DNA of 64,000 nt from a bacterium (GTDB taxonomy: Bacteria > UBA8248), in contig CBDBZY010000031.1 of assembly GCA_965213685.1 (NCBI GenBank), positions 224,001 through 288,000 on the forward strand, in the 5' to 3' direction. The position numbers and the translations under genes were made by a program. This document shows positions 28,699 through 38,434 of this stretch, piece after piece; within the stretch, counting starts at the first letter, position 1, and each line of letters begins with the position of its first letter. The notes beneath the pieces were generated by a model. It had not been told where the DNA came from, ran no database searches, and worked only from the letters and a program-made list of their open reading frames with translations.

Positions 28699-30207
28699 TT
28701 AATCCCGGTTCCAGGAATGCCACCTCGAAAGTCCGATGCAGACGCTTTTGACCTGGGTATACTCCCGCAGCGCCTCCTCCCCATGCTCTCTGCCGATGCC
28801 GCTCTTCTTCGAACCTCCGAACGGAATTTCGGAACCGTAGCGGTAGGTGTTGATGAACACGTTTCCGCAATCCAGGTCGGCGGCGAGCCGGTGCGCGCGG
28901 CGCAGATCGCTCGTCCAGACGTAGCTCGCCAGCCCGAATTCCGTGGCGTTGGCGTCCCGAACAGCGTCTTCGAGGGCGTGGAACTCCTGCACGGTGAGGA
29001 CGGGGCCGAAAATCTCCTCGCACGCCACCCGCATCCCCTGGTGCACTCCGGTGAGAATCGTGGGCTCCATGAAATTCCCGTCCGGTGCCCCCTCCCGCCG
29101 TGCGCGGCCGCCCCCCGCCGCGACGCGCGCGCCGTCCTCCCGGGCGGATTCGACATAACCGACGACGTCGGCCAGGTGGCCTCGGGAGATGAGCGGCCCC
29201 ATGTCGGTCGCCTCGCTCATGGCGTCGCCGACGCGAATCCTGCGGACGCGCTCCACCAGCCTGTCGACGAACGCATCGTGAATCGAGGCCGGCAGAAACA
29301 GGCGGGTTCCCGCGAAGCAAACCTCGCCCTGGCGGGCGAACACCTGGCTCATCACGCCGTCGGCGGCCTCATCGAGGTCGGCATCCTCGCAGACGATGAT
29401 GGGGCCCTTCCCTCCCAGCTCCGCCAGCACGGGCGTCACGTTCGAGGCGGCGAGGCCCAGCACCTCCAGCCCCCCCTCCGTGCCGCCGGTGAAGACGACC
29501 TTCCTGACGCCCGGGTGGCCGACGAGATGGGCACCCGTCGAGCGGCCCGCACCCGCCACGATGTTGACCACCCCCGGCGGAAAGCCCGCCTCCTCCACCA
29601 GCTTCCCGAAATACAGAACCGAGGCCAGGGCGACGGCGGAGGGCTTGATAACCACCGTATTGCCGCAGGCCAGAGCGGCCGCCAGCCCCCGGGACATGAG
29701 CTTGAGCGGGGTGTTCCAGGGAACGATGATGGCCACGACGCCCAGAGGCTCGCGCAGCGAATACAGGAGGCGGTCGTTCATGAGCGGCTGGGCGTTGCCC
29801 GCGACCTTTCCCGACCAACCGGCGAAATACTCGAAGTGACGCGCGGAGGAGGCGGACTCCAGACGGCTCTCCCGGATGGGAATTCCCGTGTTGATGGCCT
29901 CCAGCCTGGCGAGGGTCTCCGCGTGTGCGCGCATCAGCCCGGCGAGCTTGCCGAGCAGCTTTCCGCGCTCCAGGCCGGGCATCTTCTTCCAGGACGGATC
30001 GCGAAACGCCCGCCAGCAGGATTCGACAGCCGCGTCGACCTGCGCGTCCGACGCCGGGAACAGCTGGAAGATCGTCTCGTTGCTCGAGGGATTCACCACG
30101 TCCATCGGCGCGCCGCGATCGCCGCGGCGCCAGTCTCCGTGGATATGCTGCTGCTCCGCCTCCTGGGAGAGCGGGAACGCGGCCACTTTCACAACGCTGC
30201 TCGACAT
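28699..30207 (-). CDS. NAD(P)-dependent aldehyde dehydrogenase
   Basis: IVPWNTP, FTGGT, ELGGK (Glu), GEVCFAG (Cys), EEIFGP, PFGGSKKSGIGRE; start ATG 30207. Confidence 0.93.
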   Translation of the reverse strand: MSSSVVKVAAFPLSQEAEQQHIHGDWRRGDRGAPMDVVNPSSNETIFQLFPASDAQVDAAVESCWRAFRDPSWKKMPGLERGKLLGKLAGLMRAHAETLARLEAINTGIPIRESRLESASSARHFEYFAGWSGKVAGNAQPLMNDRLLYSLREPLGVVAIIVPWNTPLKLMSRGLAAALACGNTVVIKPSAVALASVLYFGKLVEEAGFPPGVVNIVAGAGRSTGAHLVGHPGVRKVVFTGGTEGGLEVLGLAASNVTPVLAELGGKGPIIVCEDADLDEAADGVMSQVFARQGEVCFAGTRLFLPASIHDAFVDRLVERVRRIRVGDAMSEATDMGPLISRGHLADVVGYVESAREDGARVAAGGGRARREGAPDGNFMEPTILTGVHQGMRVACEEIFGPVLTVQEFHALEDAVRDANATEFGLASYVWTSDLRRAHRLAADLDCGNVFINTYRYGSEIPFGGSKKSGIGREHGEEALREYTQVKSVCIGLSRWHSWNRD

Positions 30208-30264
30208 CGCAAAACCCCTTTCATCGAATGGGCGCATCGGCCGGACGCATCAGCGCGGCTGCCT

Positions 30265-30963
30265 CTAGCCGTCCTCCAGGTTTCCGGATTGGGGGCCGGC
30301 CCACTCCTGATCGCTGAGAACGTTCTGGTGAACCACGTCGGCGTCCACGGAGGAGACGACCTCCCTGGCGACCTGCTCGTACCAGTCGGCCACGTCCTTC
30401 GGATAGTCCTTGTGGCTGGGGAGATCCTTGATGAGCGGGCCCTCCACGGAGGGGATGTCGTGTGCCCCGTCGAACTCCCGGGAGTATTCCCGTCCCTTTC
30501 GCGCGGCGAACTCCTTGTCGATGGTGGCGTCGAGCTTGAGCCACCTGCCGTCCAGGTACGCCTCTCCGAGGGAGTGCCACGGCAGCTTGCGATCCCCCCA
30601 AATCCTGGCGACCTCCTCGTTCATGAACGGCTTGTCCGGACAATGCAGCTGCTGGAAGCCGATGCGGGAGGGGATACCCGAGGCCCGGCAAAGGGCGGCG
30701 AACATGCTGGCCTTGCCCATGCAAAACGCCTTGCCGTTGTGCAGCACGTCGCTCGCCCGCCTCTTGCCCTCGGCGAGATAGCGAAACGAATCGAGAATGT
30801 CGTAGGGAAAATCGCGGACGAAATAGTAGATTTTGCCCAGCTTCTCCTTCTCGTCCGCGCAACCCTCGGTGAGTGCCGCCGCTTTCGAGACGATGTCCGG
30901 ATTGTCCGAATCGATGAATTCCGTGGGCTTCAGGCAATCGGCGATATCTTGCTTTTCGTTCAT
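30265..30963 (-). CDS. Transglutaminase-like (Cys-His-Asp) domain protein
   Basis: IYYFVRD, GKAFCMGKA (Cys), WHSLGE (His), GRWLKLDAT (Asp); no signal peptide; ATGA overlap with the LLM gene. Confidence 0.85.
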   Translation of the reverse strand: MNEKQDIADCLKPTEFIDSDNPDIVSKAAALTEGCADEKEKLGKIYYFVRDFPYDILDSFRYLAEGKRRASDVLHNGKAFCMGKASMFAALCRASGIPSRIGFQQLHCPDKPFMNEEVARIWGDRKLPWHSLGEAYLDGRWLKLDATIDKEFAARKGREYSREFDGAHDIPSVEGPLIKDLPSHKDYPKDVADWYEQVAREVVSSVDADVVHQNVLSDQEWAGPQSGNLEDG

Positions 30964-32000
30964 GGGGAAACCTCCCTGCTTGACGAGGCGGACTCACCGC
31001 GGCTCGAGAGACTCCTGACCAGGGGGAGAACCTCCTCTCCCGCGAGGCGAAGCATATCCATGTTGGCGACGTCGGGAATCGTGTAGAGGAAATGTCGAAC
31101 GCCCGCGTCGACGTATTCCATCATCCGATCCGCGCATTCCCTGGGTGTGCCGGCGATTATACCCGTTTTCGGAATCGCGGCAAACCGCTTCTTCTCCGCC
31201 TCGATGCGCGCGGGGTCGCGGCCGGGGAGGAGCAGACACATCAAGGAGCGCCTGAGCGTCTCCGGGTCGCGCCCCGCCTCCTCGCAGCTGGCGTCAATCT
31301 CCTCTTTGCGCTCGAGATAGCGCGCGGCGGGCCACCAGCGCACGTTGAAGCCGTCTGCGTGTCTGGCCGCGACGCGAAGCACCTTCTTCCCCTCGCCGCC
31401 GATCCATATGGGGGGCGAGGGCCTTTGCGCCGGCGGGGGGTCGCACACCGCCCCCCGTATCGTGTAGTGCGCGCCCTCGAACGCGGGGTGCGGCTCCGTC
31501 CACATCCTGCGGATCAGCTGGACGGCCTCCTCCATCTGGGCGATGCGAACCGACGCCCTCGGAAAGGGGATGCCGTACGCCTGGTACTCCTCCTGCATCC
31601 AGCCCGCGCCCAGCCCCAGGTCAAGCCGCCCGCCGCTGATGTGGTCCAGCGTCGCGCCCATCTTCGCGAGCACCGAGGGGATGCGATAGGAGTTGCACAG
31701 AACGCTGGTGCCCAGACGAAGTTTTTTCGTCGCCTGCGAGAGGGCGCTGAGCGCCGTCCACGTCTCGAGCAGGGGGATGGAGCCCGAGCCGGCGCCCCCT
31801 GCGGCCTCCTCCTTGTCGAAGCCCGCGTCCCTCGCGTAGGAGTCCGGGTCGAGCGTCAGGAAGTGGTCGCACAGCCACACCGAATCAAAACCCAGCCTCT
31901 CCGCCTCCTGCGCCACCGACTTCATCTCCCCGAAGTTTCCGACGGCGAGTCCGCGGATGGTCAGGGCCATGATCAAACCGAATTCCACGCGGGCGCTCAT
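30960..32000 (-). CDS. Luciferase-like (LLM) oxidoreductase, probably F420-dependent class
   Basis: GFDSVWLCDHF, LAKMGATLDHISGGRLDLGLGAGW, PPIWIGGEG. Confidence 0.9.
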   Translation of the reverse strand: MSARVEFGLIMALTIRGLAVGNFGEMKSVAQEAERLGFDSVWLCDHFLTLDPDSYARDAGFDKEEAAGGAGSGSIPLLETWTALSALSQATKKLRLGTSVLCNSYRIPSVLAKMGATLDHISGGRLDLGLGAGWMQEEYQAYGIPFPRASVRIAQMEEAVQLIRRMWTEPHPAFEGAHYTIRGAVCDPPPAQRPSPPIWIGGEGKKVLRVAARHADGFNVRWWPAARYLERKEEIDASCEEAGRDPETLRRSLMCLLLPGRDPARIEAEKKRFAAIPKTGIIAGTPRECADRMMEYVDAGVRHFLYTIPDVANMDMLRLAGEEVLPLVRSLSSRGESASSSREVSP

Positions 32001-32039
32001 CCCACACCCTCCTCGTCACTCCAGATGAAAGAACGCGAC

Positions 32040-32741
32040 TCAAACGGCCAGATAGCGCGATTTCAGCGTCTCCTCCGCTTCGAGCCGCGCCACCGTGCCC
32101 TCGAAGCGGACCCTGCCGTCGTCGATGATGTAGACGCGATCGGAGAGCCGACAGGCGAAGCGGGCGTTCTGCTCCACCAGCAAAACGGCGATCCCCTCGT
32201 CCTGGAGCGTCCGGATCATCCCGCCCACGTCCCGCACGATGGCCGGGGCCAGACCCTCGGAGGGCTCGTCCAGCAAAACGAGCCTGGGCGCCCCCATCAG
32301 AGCGCGGGCGATGGCCAGCATCTGCTGCTCGCCGCCGCTCAGCTCGTCTCCCCGGTGGGACTTCAGCTGCGCGAGCTGGGGGAAGAGGCCATACACCCGC
32401 TCGAGCGTCCAGCCGCTGGGCCGCGCCAGATGGAACGCTCCCATCTCCAGATTCTCCTCCACCCGCAGGCGCGAGAAGATTCTCCTGTCCTCGGGCACGA
32501 AGCCCACGCCCCGCCTCGCAATCTCATGGGGCTTGCGGCCCTGCACCTCCTCCCCGAGCCAGGAGACGCTGCCCGTCCGGGGGGGCGTCAGTCCCATGAT
32601 GGAGCGGAGCGTGGTCGTCTTCCCGGCGCCGTTTCTGCCGAGGAGGCTCACCACCTCGCCCTCGGCGACCGACAAATCCACGTCGAACAGGATGTGGCTG
32701 TGCCCGTAGAACGTGTTCACCTTCTCGAGAGCGAGAATCAC
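32040..32741 (-). CDS. livF: Branched-chain amino acid-type ABC ATPase (LivF-like)
   Basis: GRNGAGKT, VPEDRRIF, LSGGEQQML, DEPSEGLAP. Confidence 0.92.
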   Translation of the reverse strand: MILALEKVNTFYGHSHILFDVDLSVAEGEVVSLLGRNGAGKTTTLRSIMGLTPPRTGSVSWLGEEVQGRKPHEIARRGVGFVPEDRRIFSRLRVEENLEMGAFHLARPSGWTLERVYGLFPQLAQLKSHRGDELSGGEQQMLAIARALMGAPRLVLLDEPSEGLAPAIVRDVGGMIRTLQDEGIAVLLVEQNARFACRLSDRVYIIDDGRVRFEGTVARLEAEETLKSRYLAV

Positions 32742-33490
32742 GCCTCCCCTCCCAGATAGGCGAGGCGCACGCCCTCGTCGCCCCGAATCGCGTCCGGCGT
32801 CCCCTCGGCGATGACGCTCCCCTGGTGCAGGACGGATATCCGCTCGGCGATCGAGAACACCACGCCCATGTCGTGCTCGGTGAAGACGACCGTCTTGTCG
32901 CGGGAGATCTTCTTGACGAGCGCGATGGTGCTCGACGTCTCCTCGATCGACATGCCGGCCGTCGGCTCGTCCAGCAGGATCAGCCGCGGCTCCAGCGCCA
33001 GCGTGATGCCGAGCTCCAGGTTTCTTCTCTCCCCGTGGCCCAGCGCCGTCGTCGGGCGGTTCGCCTTGTGCCGCAGCTCCACCTCGTCCAGAATCTCCAG
33101 CGCCTCCTCCTGCTCCGCCCTGTGCCTGCCGACCGGGGAGAGCATGTCCATCGTTTTGCCCCGCCTCGCCAAAACGGCGATGCGAACGTTGTCCAGAACC
33201 GAGAGCCTCGGGAACACGTTCGTAATCTGAAAGGAGCGGCCCACGCCCTTTTGCACGACGGCGTGCGGAGGAAAGCCGGTGATGTCCTCTCCCCCGAAAT
33301 ACACCCTGCCGGCCGTCGGCGCCATCCTTCCCGAAACGAGGTTGAAAAACGTGGTTTTCCCCGCCCCGTTGGGCCCGATGACGGCGCGCAACTCCCCCTC
33401 CGGCACCCGAAAATTCACCCCGCTGACGGCCTGAAGCGAACCGAACGCCTTGCTGAGGTTCCGGGTCTCAAGGATGGGCGCCGTCGCCAT
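32738..33490 (-). CDS. livG: Branched-chain amino acid-type ABC ATPase (LivG-like)
   Basis: GPNGAGKT, GRSFQI, DEPTAGM, EHDM, AYLGG. Confidence 0.92.
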   Translation of the reverse strand: MATAPILETRNLSKAFGSLQAVSGVNFRVPEGELRAVIGPNGAGKTTFFNLVSGRMAPTAGRVYFGGEDITGFPPHAVVQKGVGRSFQITNVFPRLSVLDNVRIAVLARRGKTMDMLSPVGRHRAEQEEALEILDEVELRHKANRPTTALGHGERRNLELGITLALEPRLILLDEPTAGMSIEETSSTIALVKKISRDKTVVFTEHDMGVVFSIAERISVLHQGSVIAEGTPDAIRGDEGVRLAYLGGEA

Positions 33491-34481
33491 GATCTCCCTC
33501 TGCGGATGGTTCGCGCACCCACCCTTCCCAGAACCCCAGGATGCCGTCGGGCAGGAACAGCACCAGGAACACCAGGATGCCGCCGACGACGATTCTCCAG
33601 TATTCCATGAAATTCAGCACCGTGTCCCGGATGAACAGGAGCAGGCCCGCGCCGAAGGCGGGCCCCAGAAAAGAATACATGCCCCCCAGGATCGTCATCA
33701 AGACGATCTCGCCCGACTGGGTCCAGTAGAGCAAATCCGGGGAGATGTAGCCCTGAAAAGTCGCGTACAGCCCTCCCGCGAAACCGCCGAGCGCGCCCGC
33801 GAGGATGAACGCCGCGAGTTTGTATCTGTGCACGGGCAGGCCGATGAACTCCACGCGCTCGGGATTTTCCCGAATGGCCTGCAACACCCTCCCGAAAGGG
33901 GAGTTGGCGATTCTCCACGCGATGAAGAGGAGGGCCGCCACAACGCACAGGACAAAGTAATAAAAACCCGTGAACGACTCCAGGGAGACCTCGAACACTC
34001 CCGGAATCCCGATGTCCGGCCTGGGGATTCCGAGCATCCCGTCATCCCCGCCGGTGACGTCGCGCCAGTAGTAGGCGACCGTGTAGACCACCTGGGAGAA
34101 CGCCAGCGTCAACATGGCGAAGTACAACCCCGCCAGGCGCACGCAAAAAACGCCGACGCACCATGCGAGAAGCGCGCAGGAGACGCCCGCCGCCGCCAGT
34201 CCCGCCCACATCGAGGGATAGACGTTCTTCGTCAGCAGGGCGAAGGCGTAGGCGCCCACGCCCAGGTAGGCCGCATGGCCCAGAGAGACGAGGCCGGTGA
34301 ACCCGAGCAGGAAATTCAGGCTGACGGCGAGGAGGCCCGCTATCAGGATTTCCGTGCACAGCTGAACGTAATAATCGCCCCGCACCAGGAAAGGCGCCGA
34401 GACGCACAGCGCGATCAGCACCGCAACCGCGAGGCGATTCCGCAGGGAGGGCGCGAGGCGGCTCCGGAGGGTTTTTCTCAC
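33468..34481 (-). CDS. livM: Branched-chain amino acid-type ABC permease (LivM-like)
   Basis: LLGFTGLVSLGHAA, YFAMLTLAF, TGGDDG, SPFGRVLQAIREN. Confidence 0.9.
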   Translation of the reverse strand: MRKTLRSRLAPSLRNRLAVAVLIALCVSAPFLVRGDYYVQLCTEILIAGLLAVSLNFLLGFTGLVSLGHAAYLGVGAYAFALLTKNVYPSMWAGLAAAGVSCALLAWCVGVFCVRLAGLYFAMLTLAFSQVVYTVAYYWRDVTGGDDGMLGIPRPDIGIPGVFEVSLESFTGFYYFVLCVVAALLFIAWRIANSPFGRVLQAIRENPERVEFIGLPVHRYKLAAFILAGALGGFAGGLYATFQGYISPDLLYWTQSGEIVLMTILGGMYSFLGPAFGAGLLLFIRDTVLNFMEYWRIVVGGILVFLVLFLPDGILGFWEGWVREPSAEGDHGDGAHP

Positions 34482-34521
34482 CGGCCCGCCTTCCGCCAGG
34501 AATCTCCCGGGCGCCGCGCTC

Positions 34522-35403
34522 TCATATCGTCGTCTCGCCGAACAGGCCGCGCGGCCTCAGGATGAGAATCGGCAACACGAGGGCATAGAGGAAGATCATG
34601 GCGAAGTTCTGGAGAAGCTCGATTCCGAACGCCTTGAGCATCCCGATGAGCACGGCGCCCACGAACGCGCCGAGGTAGCTGCCCATCCCGCCGACGATGA
34701 CGACGATGAACGACTCGATGATGATCTCCACCCCCATGCCGGGCTCGACGCTCCGCATCGGCGCGGCGAGGATTCCGCCGAGGCTCGCCAGCCAGGCGCC
34801 CAGGGCGAACACGCCGGTGAAGACCCGATTCACGTTGACGCCCAGAGCGTCGAGCATCTCGCTGTCGGTGGCGGCGGCGCGGATGAGCTTCCCGAAGTTC
34901 GTCCGGTGGAGGACGCACCACAGGAGAGCGCCGAGCAGCGGCCCCACCGCGATGATGAAGAGAAAATAGACGGGATAGCTGAAATCGCCGATGGCGATTC
35001 TCCCCTCGAACAGCGCCGGGATGGGAACGGACTTGTAGTCGCGGCCCCAGATCAGCAGGACCAAATCGTCCAGGATGAGAGTGAAGCCATAGGTGAGGAG
35101 CAGGGTGTAGAGTCTCTCCCGCCCGTAGAGGGGGCGCAGGAAAACCGCCTCGATGATGGTGCCGAACCCCGCCACCACGAGCGGGGCGAGAAGCAGTCCC
35201 ACCCAGAACCAGCCCGGATGCCGGATGGCCGAACTCGAGAAAATGAGAAAGGCGCCCAGCATGTAGAACGAGCCGTGGGCCAGGTTCAGGACGCCCAGCA
35301 CGCCGAGGAGAATGGTCAGGCCCGAGGCGATCAGGAAGAGAACCATCGCGTTGGCCAACCCGTTGAGAAACTGGGTCAGCCAGAAACCGACGTCCGCCTC
35401 CAT
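34522..35403 (-). CDS. livH: Branched-chain amino acid-type ABC permease (LivH-like)
   Basis: GVLNLAHGSFYMLGA, FIVVIVGGMGS, RPRGLFG. Confidence 0.9.
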   Translation of the reverse strand: MEADVGFWLTQFLNGLANAMVLFLIASGLTILLGVLGVLNLAHGSFYMLGAFLIFSSSAIRHPGWFWVGLLLAPLVVAGFGTIIEAVFLRPLYGRERLYTLLLTYGFTLILDDLVLLIWGRDYKSVPIPALFEGRIAIGDFSYPVYFLFIIAVGPLLGALLWCVLHRTNFGKLIRAAATDSEMLDALGVNVNRVFTGVFALGAWLASLGGILAAPMRSVEPGMGVEIIIESFIVVIVGGMGSYLGAFVGAVLIGMLKAFGIELLQNFAMIFLYALVLPILILRPRGLFGETTI

Positions 35404-35484
35404 GCGCCCGGGCCTCCAGGAGAGGGGGAAGCGGCGCGCCGCGCGGATGCCGTCGCCGAGCGTCCCCCGCTTCGAGCGGGATGG

Positions 35485-36705
35485 TTACCTCCGGCAGCCC
35501 TGGCCCGTGTCCTCGTCCGGGTGAGAGCCCTCGACGGGCGATATCACCTGGATGTTGGAGAGAATCGGAAACGGGTATTTCGCGCTCCTGGAAATGACGC
35601 CCCAGAAGCTGGACTGCCAGCCCTGGTGATCCGACGGGCGCATGATGATCCACCCCTCCGGGGCGTTGAAGGCGACGCCGCCCATCGCGTCAATCGCCTT
35701 CTCCTTGTCCACGGCACCAGCGCGGCGGATGGATTCCGCAATCACGTGGACGGTGGCGTACGCCTCGCCGGCCGTCATGTCCGGGTACACGTCGTACGCC
35801 TTGCGGAAGTTGTCCACGAATCGCTCGTTGTTCGCCGAGGCCGGATAGTTGTGCAGGTAGCGGGAGCTGGCCCAGTGGCCGAAGGGCGCCTGGTCGCCGA
35901 GGGCCTTGAGCACGACGTGGTTGCCGCCGAAGTCGGTGAATATCTTCACCTTCTCGTACATCCCGAAGGAGCGGGCCTGCTTCATGAACTTGATCAGGTC
36001 GGCGCCGAAGAGGCCGACGTAAATCGCGTCCGGCTTCGCCTGCAGCATCTTGTTGATGTAGGGGGAGTAGTCGTTCTCCCCCAGCTTGGGCCAGGCCGCG
36101 TAGGGGCGCTTCGTTTTCGGGTTGCGCTCCTGGAGATAGTTCCAGAACTGCCGCACGACGGAGCGTCCGTAGGAGAAATCAGACGATATCGTCGCCCACC
36201 TCTCGTAGCCCAGCCGGTGGGCGATGACGGCGCCCGCGCGGGAGGTTTGCTGCGCGCTGCTCCCCACCCGCCAGGTGTAGCGGCTGCAGAACTTCGTGTT
36301 GATCTCCTCGGTCGCCGCCCAGGGGAAATTCATCGTCCTGAGCTTCTTCGATTCCTGCAGAACGGCGATGGCCGCCCCACCGTGGAGGGGCCCGAGAAGG
36401 GCGAACACCTTGTCGCGCAGAATCAGGCGCCTCGCGGTGCGCACCGAACTCGCCGGGTTGGTCTCGGAGTCGCGGATGAGCGCCTCGAGTTTGTGACCCA
36501 AAACGCCGCCGGCGCCGTTGATCTCCCGCACGGCCAGATTGATGCCCTGGCTCGTTCTTTTCCCCACGATCGAATACAGGCCGGTCAGCGGAGAGAGGAC
36601 GCCGATCCGGATGGTCTTCGCCGCAAACGAGGAAGGCGCGCCGAACGGGCCGATTGCCAGGAGCGCCGCGGCGGCGATGAACGCTTGTTTTCGGAAAGCA
36701 CGCAT
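35485..36705 (-). CDS. LivK-family periplasmic substrate-binding protein
   Basis: Signal peptide, IRIGVLSPLTG, EINGAGGVLG, DFSYG, MRPSDHQ. Confidence 0.9.
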   Translation of the reverse strand: MRAFRKQAFIAAAALLAIGPFGAPSSFAAKTIRIGVLSPLTGLYSIVGKRTSQGINLAVREINGAGGVLGHKLEALIRDSETNPASSVRTARRLILRDKVFALLGPLHGGAAIAVLQESKKLRTMNFPWAATEEINTKFCSRYTWRVGSSAQQTSRAGAVIAHRLGYERWATISSDFSYGRSVVRQFWNYLQERNPKTKRPYAAWPKLGENDYSPYINKMLQAKPDAIYVGLFGADLIKFMKQARSFGMYEKVKIFTDFGGNHVVLKALGDQAPFGHWASSRYLHNYPASANNERFVDNFRKAYDVYPDMTAGEAYATVHVIAESIRRAGAVDKEKAIDAMGGVAFNAPEGWIIMRPSDHQGWQSSFWGVISRSAKYPFPILSNIQVISPVEGSHPDEDTGQGCRR

Positions 36706-36826
36706 GGGGAGGCCCTCTCTGAGAATGGAGGCGCGCGAACCGCCGGGGTCGGAACGGGACGCGGCCGCCTCCGGGAAGCGGAATCGTCAACAGAACAACA
36801 GAAATTCGGCTACGCCGTGAACCGTC

Positions 36827-36855
36827 AGGTTAGGGGAGCCTGCGTCCACGGTCAA
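36827..36855 (-). promoter_or_regulatory. Putative sigma70 promoter of the liv operon
   Basis: Minus strand TTGACC-N17-TAACCT; tandem CAACAGAA x2 at 36788-36803 just downstream. Confidence 0.55.
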
Positions 36856-36925
36856 GCCGCGCGCTTTCCCCCGTCCTGTCGCGTGCCGCCCCCGGACAAT
36901 ACGTCCCGTTCGGCGCATCCCGCGC

Positions 36926-38428
36926 TCACGAGGCGGCGGAGGCTTCCCGGGGCGGTCTTTTTCTCGTCCGCCATTCGAGCAGGAACGGCCAGGCGAAAGA
37001 GACCACGGAGAGGCAGAGAAAGAACACGCACCACGGGGAGGTGAAGAAAATCGAGACGTCGCCCTTCGACGCGGCGAGGGCGACGCGCAGGTGCTCCTCG
37101 AGCTGCCGTCCCAGCACGAGAGCGAGCAGGAGCGGAACGACGGGCATGTCCAGCCACTTGAACGAGAGCGCCACGAGGCCGAAGAAGAACATGACGTAGA
37201 CGTCGAAGAAGGAGTTGCGCAGCGCGTACGTCCCCAGGACGCACAGGGCGACGATGATCGGAAGCAGGAGCGACCGGGGGATGGACAGCAGCTTCACGAT
37301 GACACGCAGCCCCAGGAACGCGACCGCCGCCGTGCTGCAGATTGCGATGAAATACGAAAAGAGCACGGAAAACGCGAAGGGGCCCTGCTCCACGAAGAGC
37401 AGCGGCCCCGGCGCCATGCCGTGAACCAGCAAAGCGCCGATGAGGATGGCGGTTATCGGGTCGCCCGGAATCCCCAGCGTCATCATGGGGATGAGCGCCC
37501 CGCCGGCGATGGAGCTGTTCGCCGATTCGGGAGCGGCCACCCCCTCCACGCAGCCCTTGCCGAATTTCTCCGGCTCGCGGCTGATTTTCTGGGCGTAGTC
37601 GTAGCTGACGAACACCGCGATCGGCCCCCCCGCTCCGGGCAGGATGCCCACGAAAGTGCCCACGAGAGAGCCGATGGCCACCGGAAGGCGGATGCGCTTG
37701 ATGTCCTCCCACATCGGGAACACGCGGCCGAACCGCGAGGCGACCGAGCGGATGTTCCCCTCCGCGAGGTTCGCCACTATCTCCGGGATGGCGAACAGGC
37801 CCACGAGGGCGGGAATGAAGTGGATGCCCGCCAGCATGTTCGCGTCGCCGAAGGTGAAGCGCGCCGTCCCCACGAGGGGGTCCATCCCCACCGTGACGAT
37901 CAGGAGGCCCAGGAAGGTGGAGAGCAGCCCCTTGACGAGCGATTTCGCCGCGAAGGCGGATATGACGGACATGCCGAAGAACACCAGCCCGAACAGGTCG
38001 GCCGCCCGGAACTGAAGCGCCACCTTCGTGAGTTGTGGCGCGATGAGTATGAGGCAGAAGAAGCTGACGAGCCCGCCGGTGAAGCCCGAGACGATGGATA
38101 TGCCGAGTGCGCGACCCGCCTCCCCCTTCTGGGTCAGGGGGTATCCGTCCATCGTGGTGGCCGAGGCCGACGGGGAGCCCGGGATGTTGATGAGGATGGC
38201 GGCGAAGCTGCCCCCCGTCATTCCGCCCGCGAAGACGCCGAGCAGAAGCGCCACGGCCGTGGTCGGCTCCAGGATGAACGTGATCGGGAAGAGGATGATG
38301 ATGCCCGCACTCGTCGTCAGGCCCGGCATCATCCCGCATACGAGGCCGTGCAGGGCGCCGAGTGCGGTGGCCAGGATGCTCGTCGGCGCGAGGGCGAGGT
38401 AGAACCCCTGCAGCATGTCACCGCTCAT
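36926..38428 (-). CDS. tctA: Tripartite tricarboxylate transporter permease TctA (second copy)
   Basis: AILINIPG, EGVAAPESANSS, MTLGIPGD, PGPLLF. Confidence 0.92.
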   Translation of the reverse strand: MSGDMLQGFYLALAPTSILATALGALHGLVCGMMPGLTTSAGIIILFPITFILEPTTAVALLLGVFAGGMTGGSFAAILINIPGSPSASATTMDGYPLTQKGEAGRALGISIVSGFTGGLVSFFCLILIAPQLTKVALQFRAADLFGLVFFGMSVISAFAAKSLVKGLLSTFLGLLIVTVGMDPLVGTARFTFGDANMLAGIHFIPALVGLFAIPEIVANLAEGNIRSVASRFGRVFPMWEDIKRIRLPVAIGSLVGTFVGILPGAGGPIAVFVSYDYAQKISREPEKFGKGCVEGVAAPESANSSIAGGALIPMMTLGIPGDPITAILIGALLVHGMAPGPLLFVEQGPFAFSVLFSYFIAICSTAAVAFLGLRVIVKLLSIPRSLLLPIIVALCVLGTYALRNSFFDVYVMFFFGLVALSFKWLDMPVVPLLLALVLGRQLEEHLRVALAASKGDVSIFFTSPWCVFFLCLSVVSFAWPFLLEWRTRKRPPREASAAS

Positions 38429-38434
38429 CTGGCG

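Noticed and set aside
27625-31086. 1153-aa plus-strand ORF and the many other long overlapping ORFs in the track
   Set aside because: Antisense or off-frame shadows of well-supported genes; rich in R/G/P/A with no recognisable domains.
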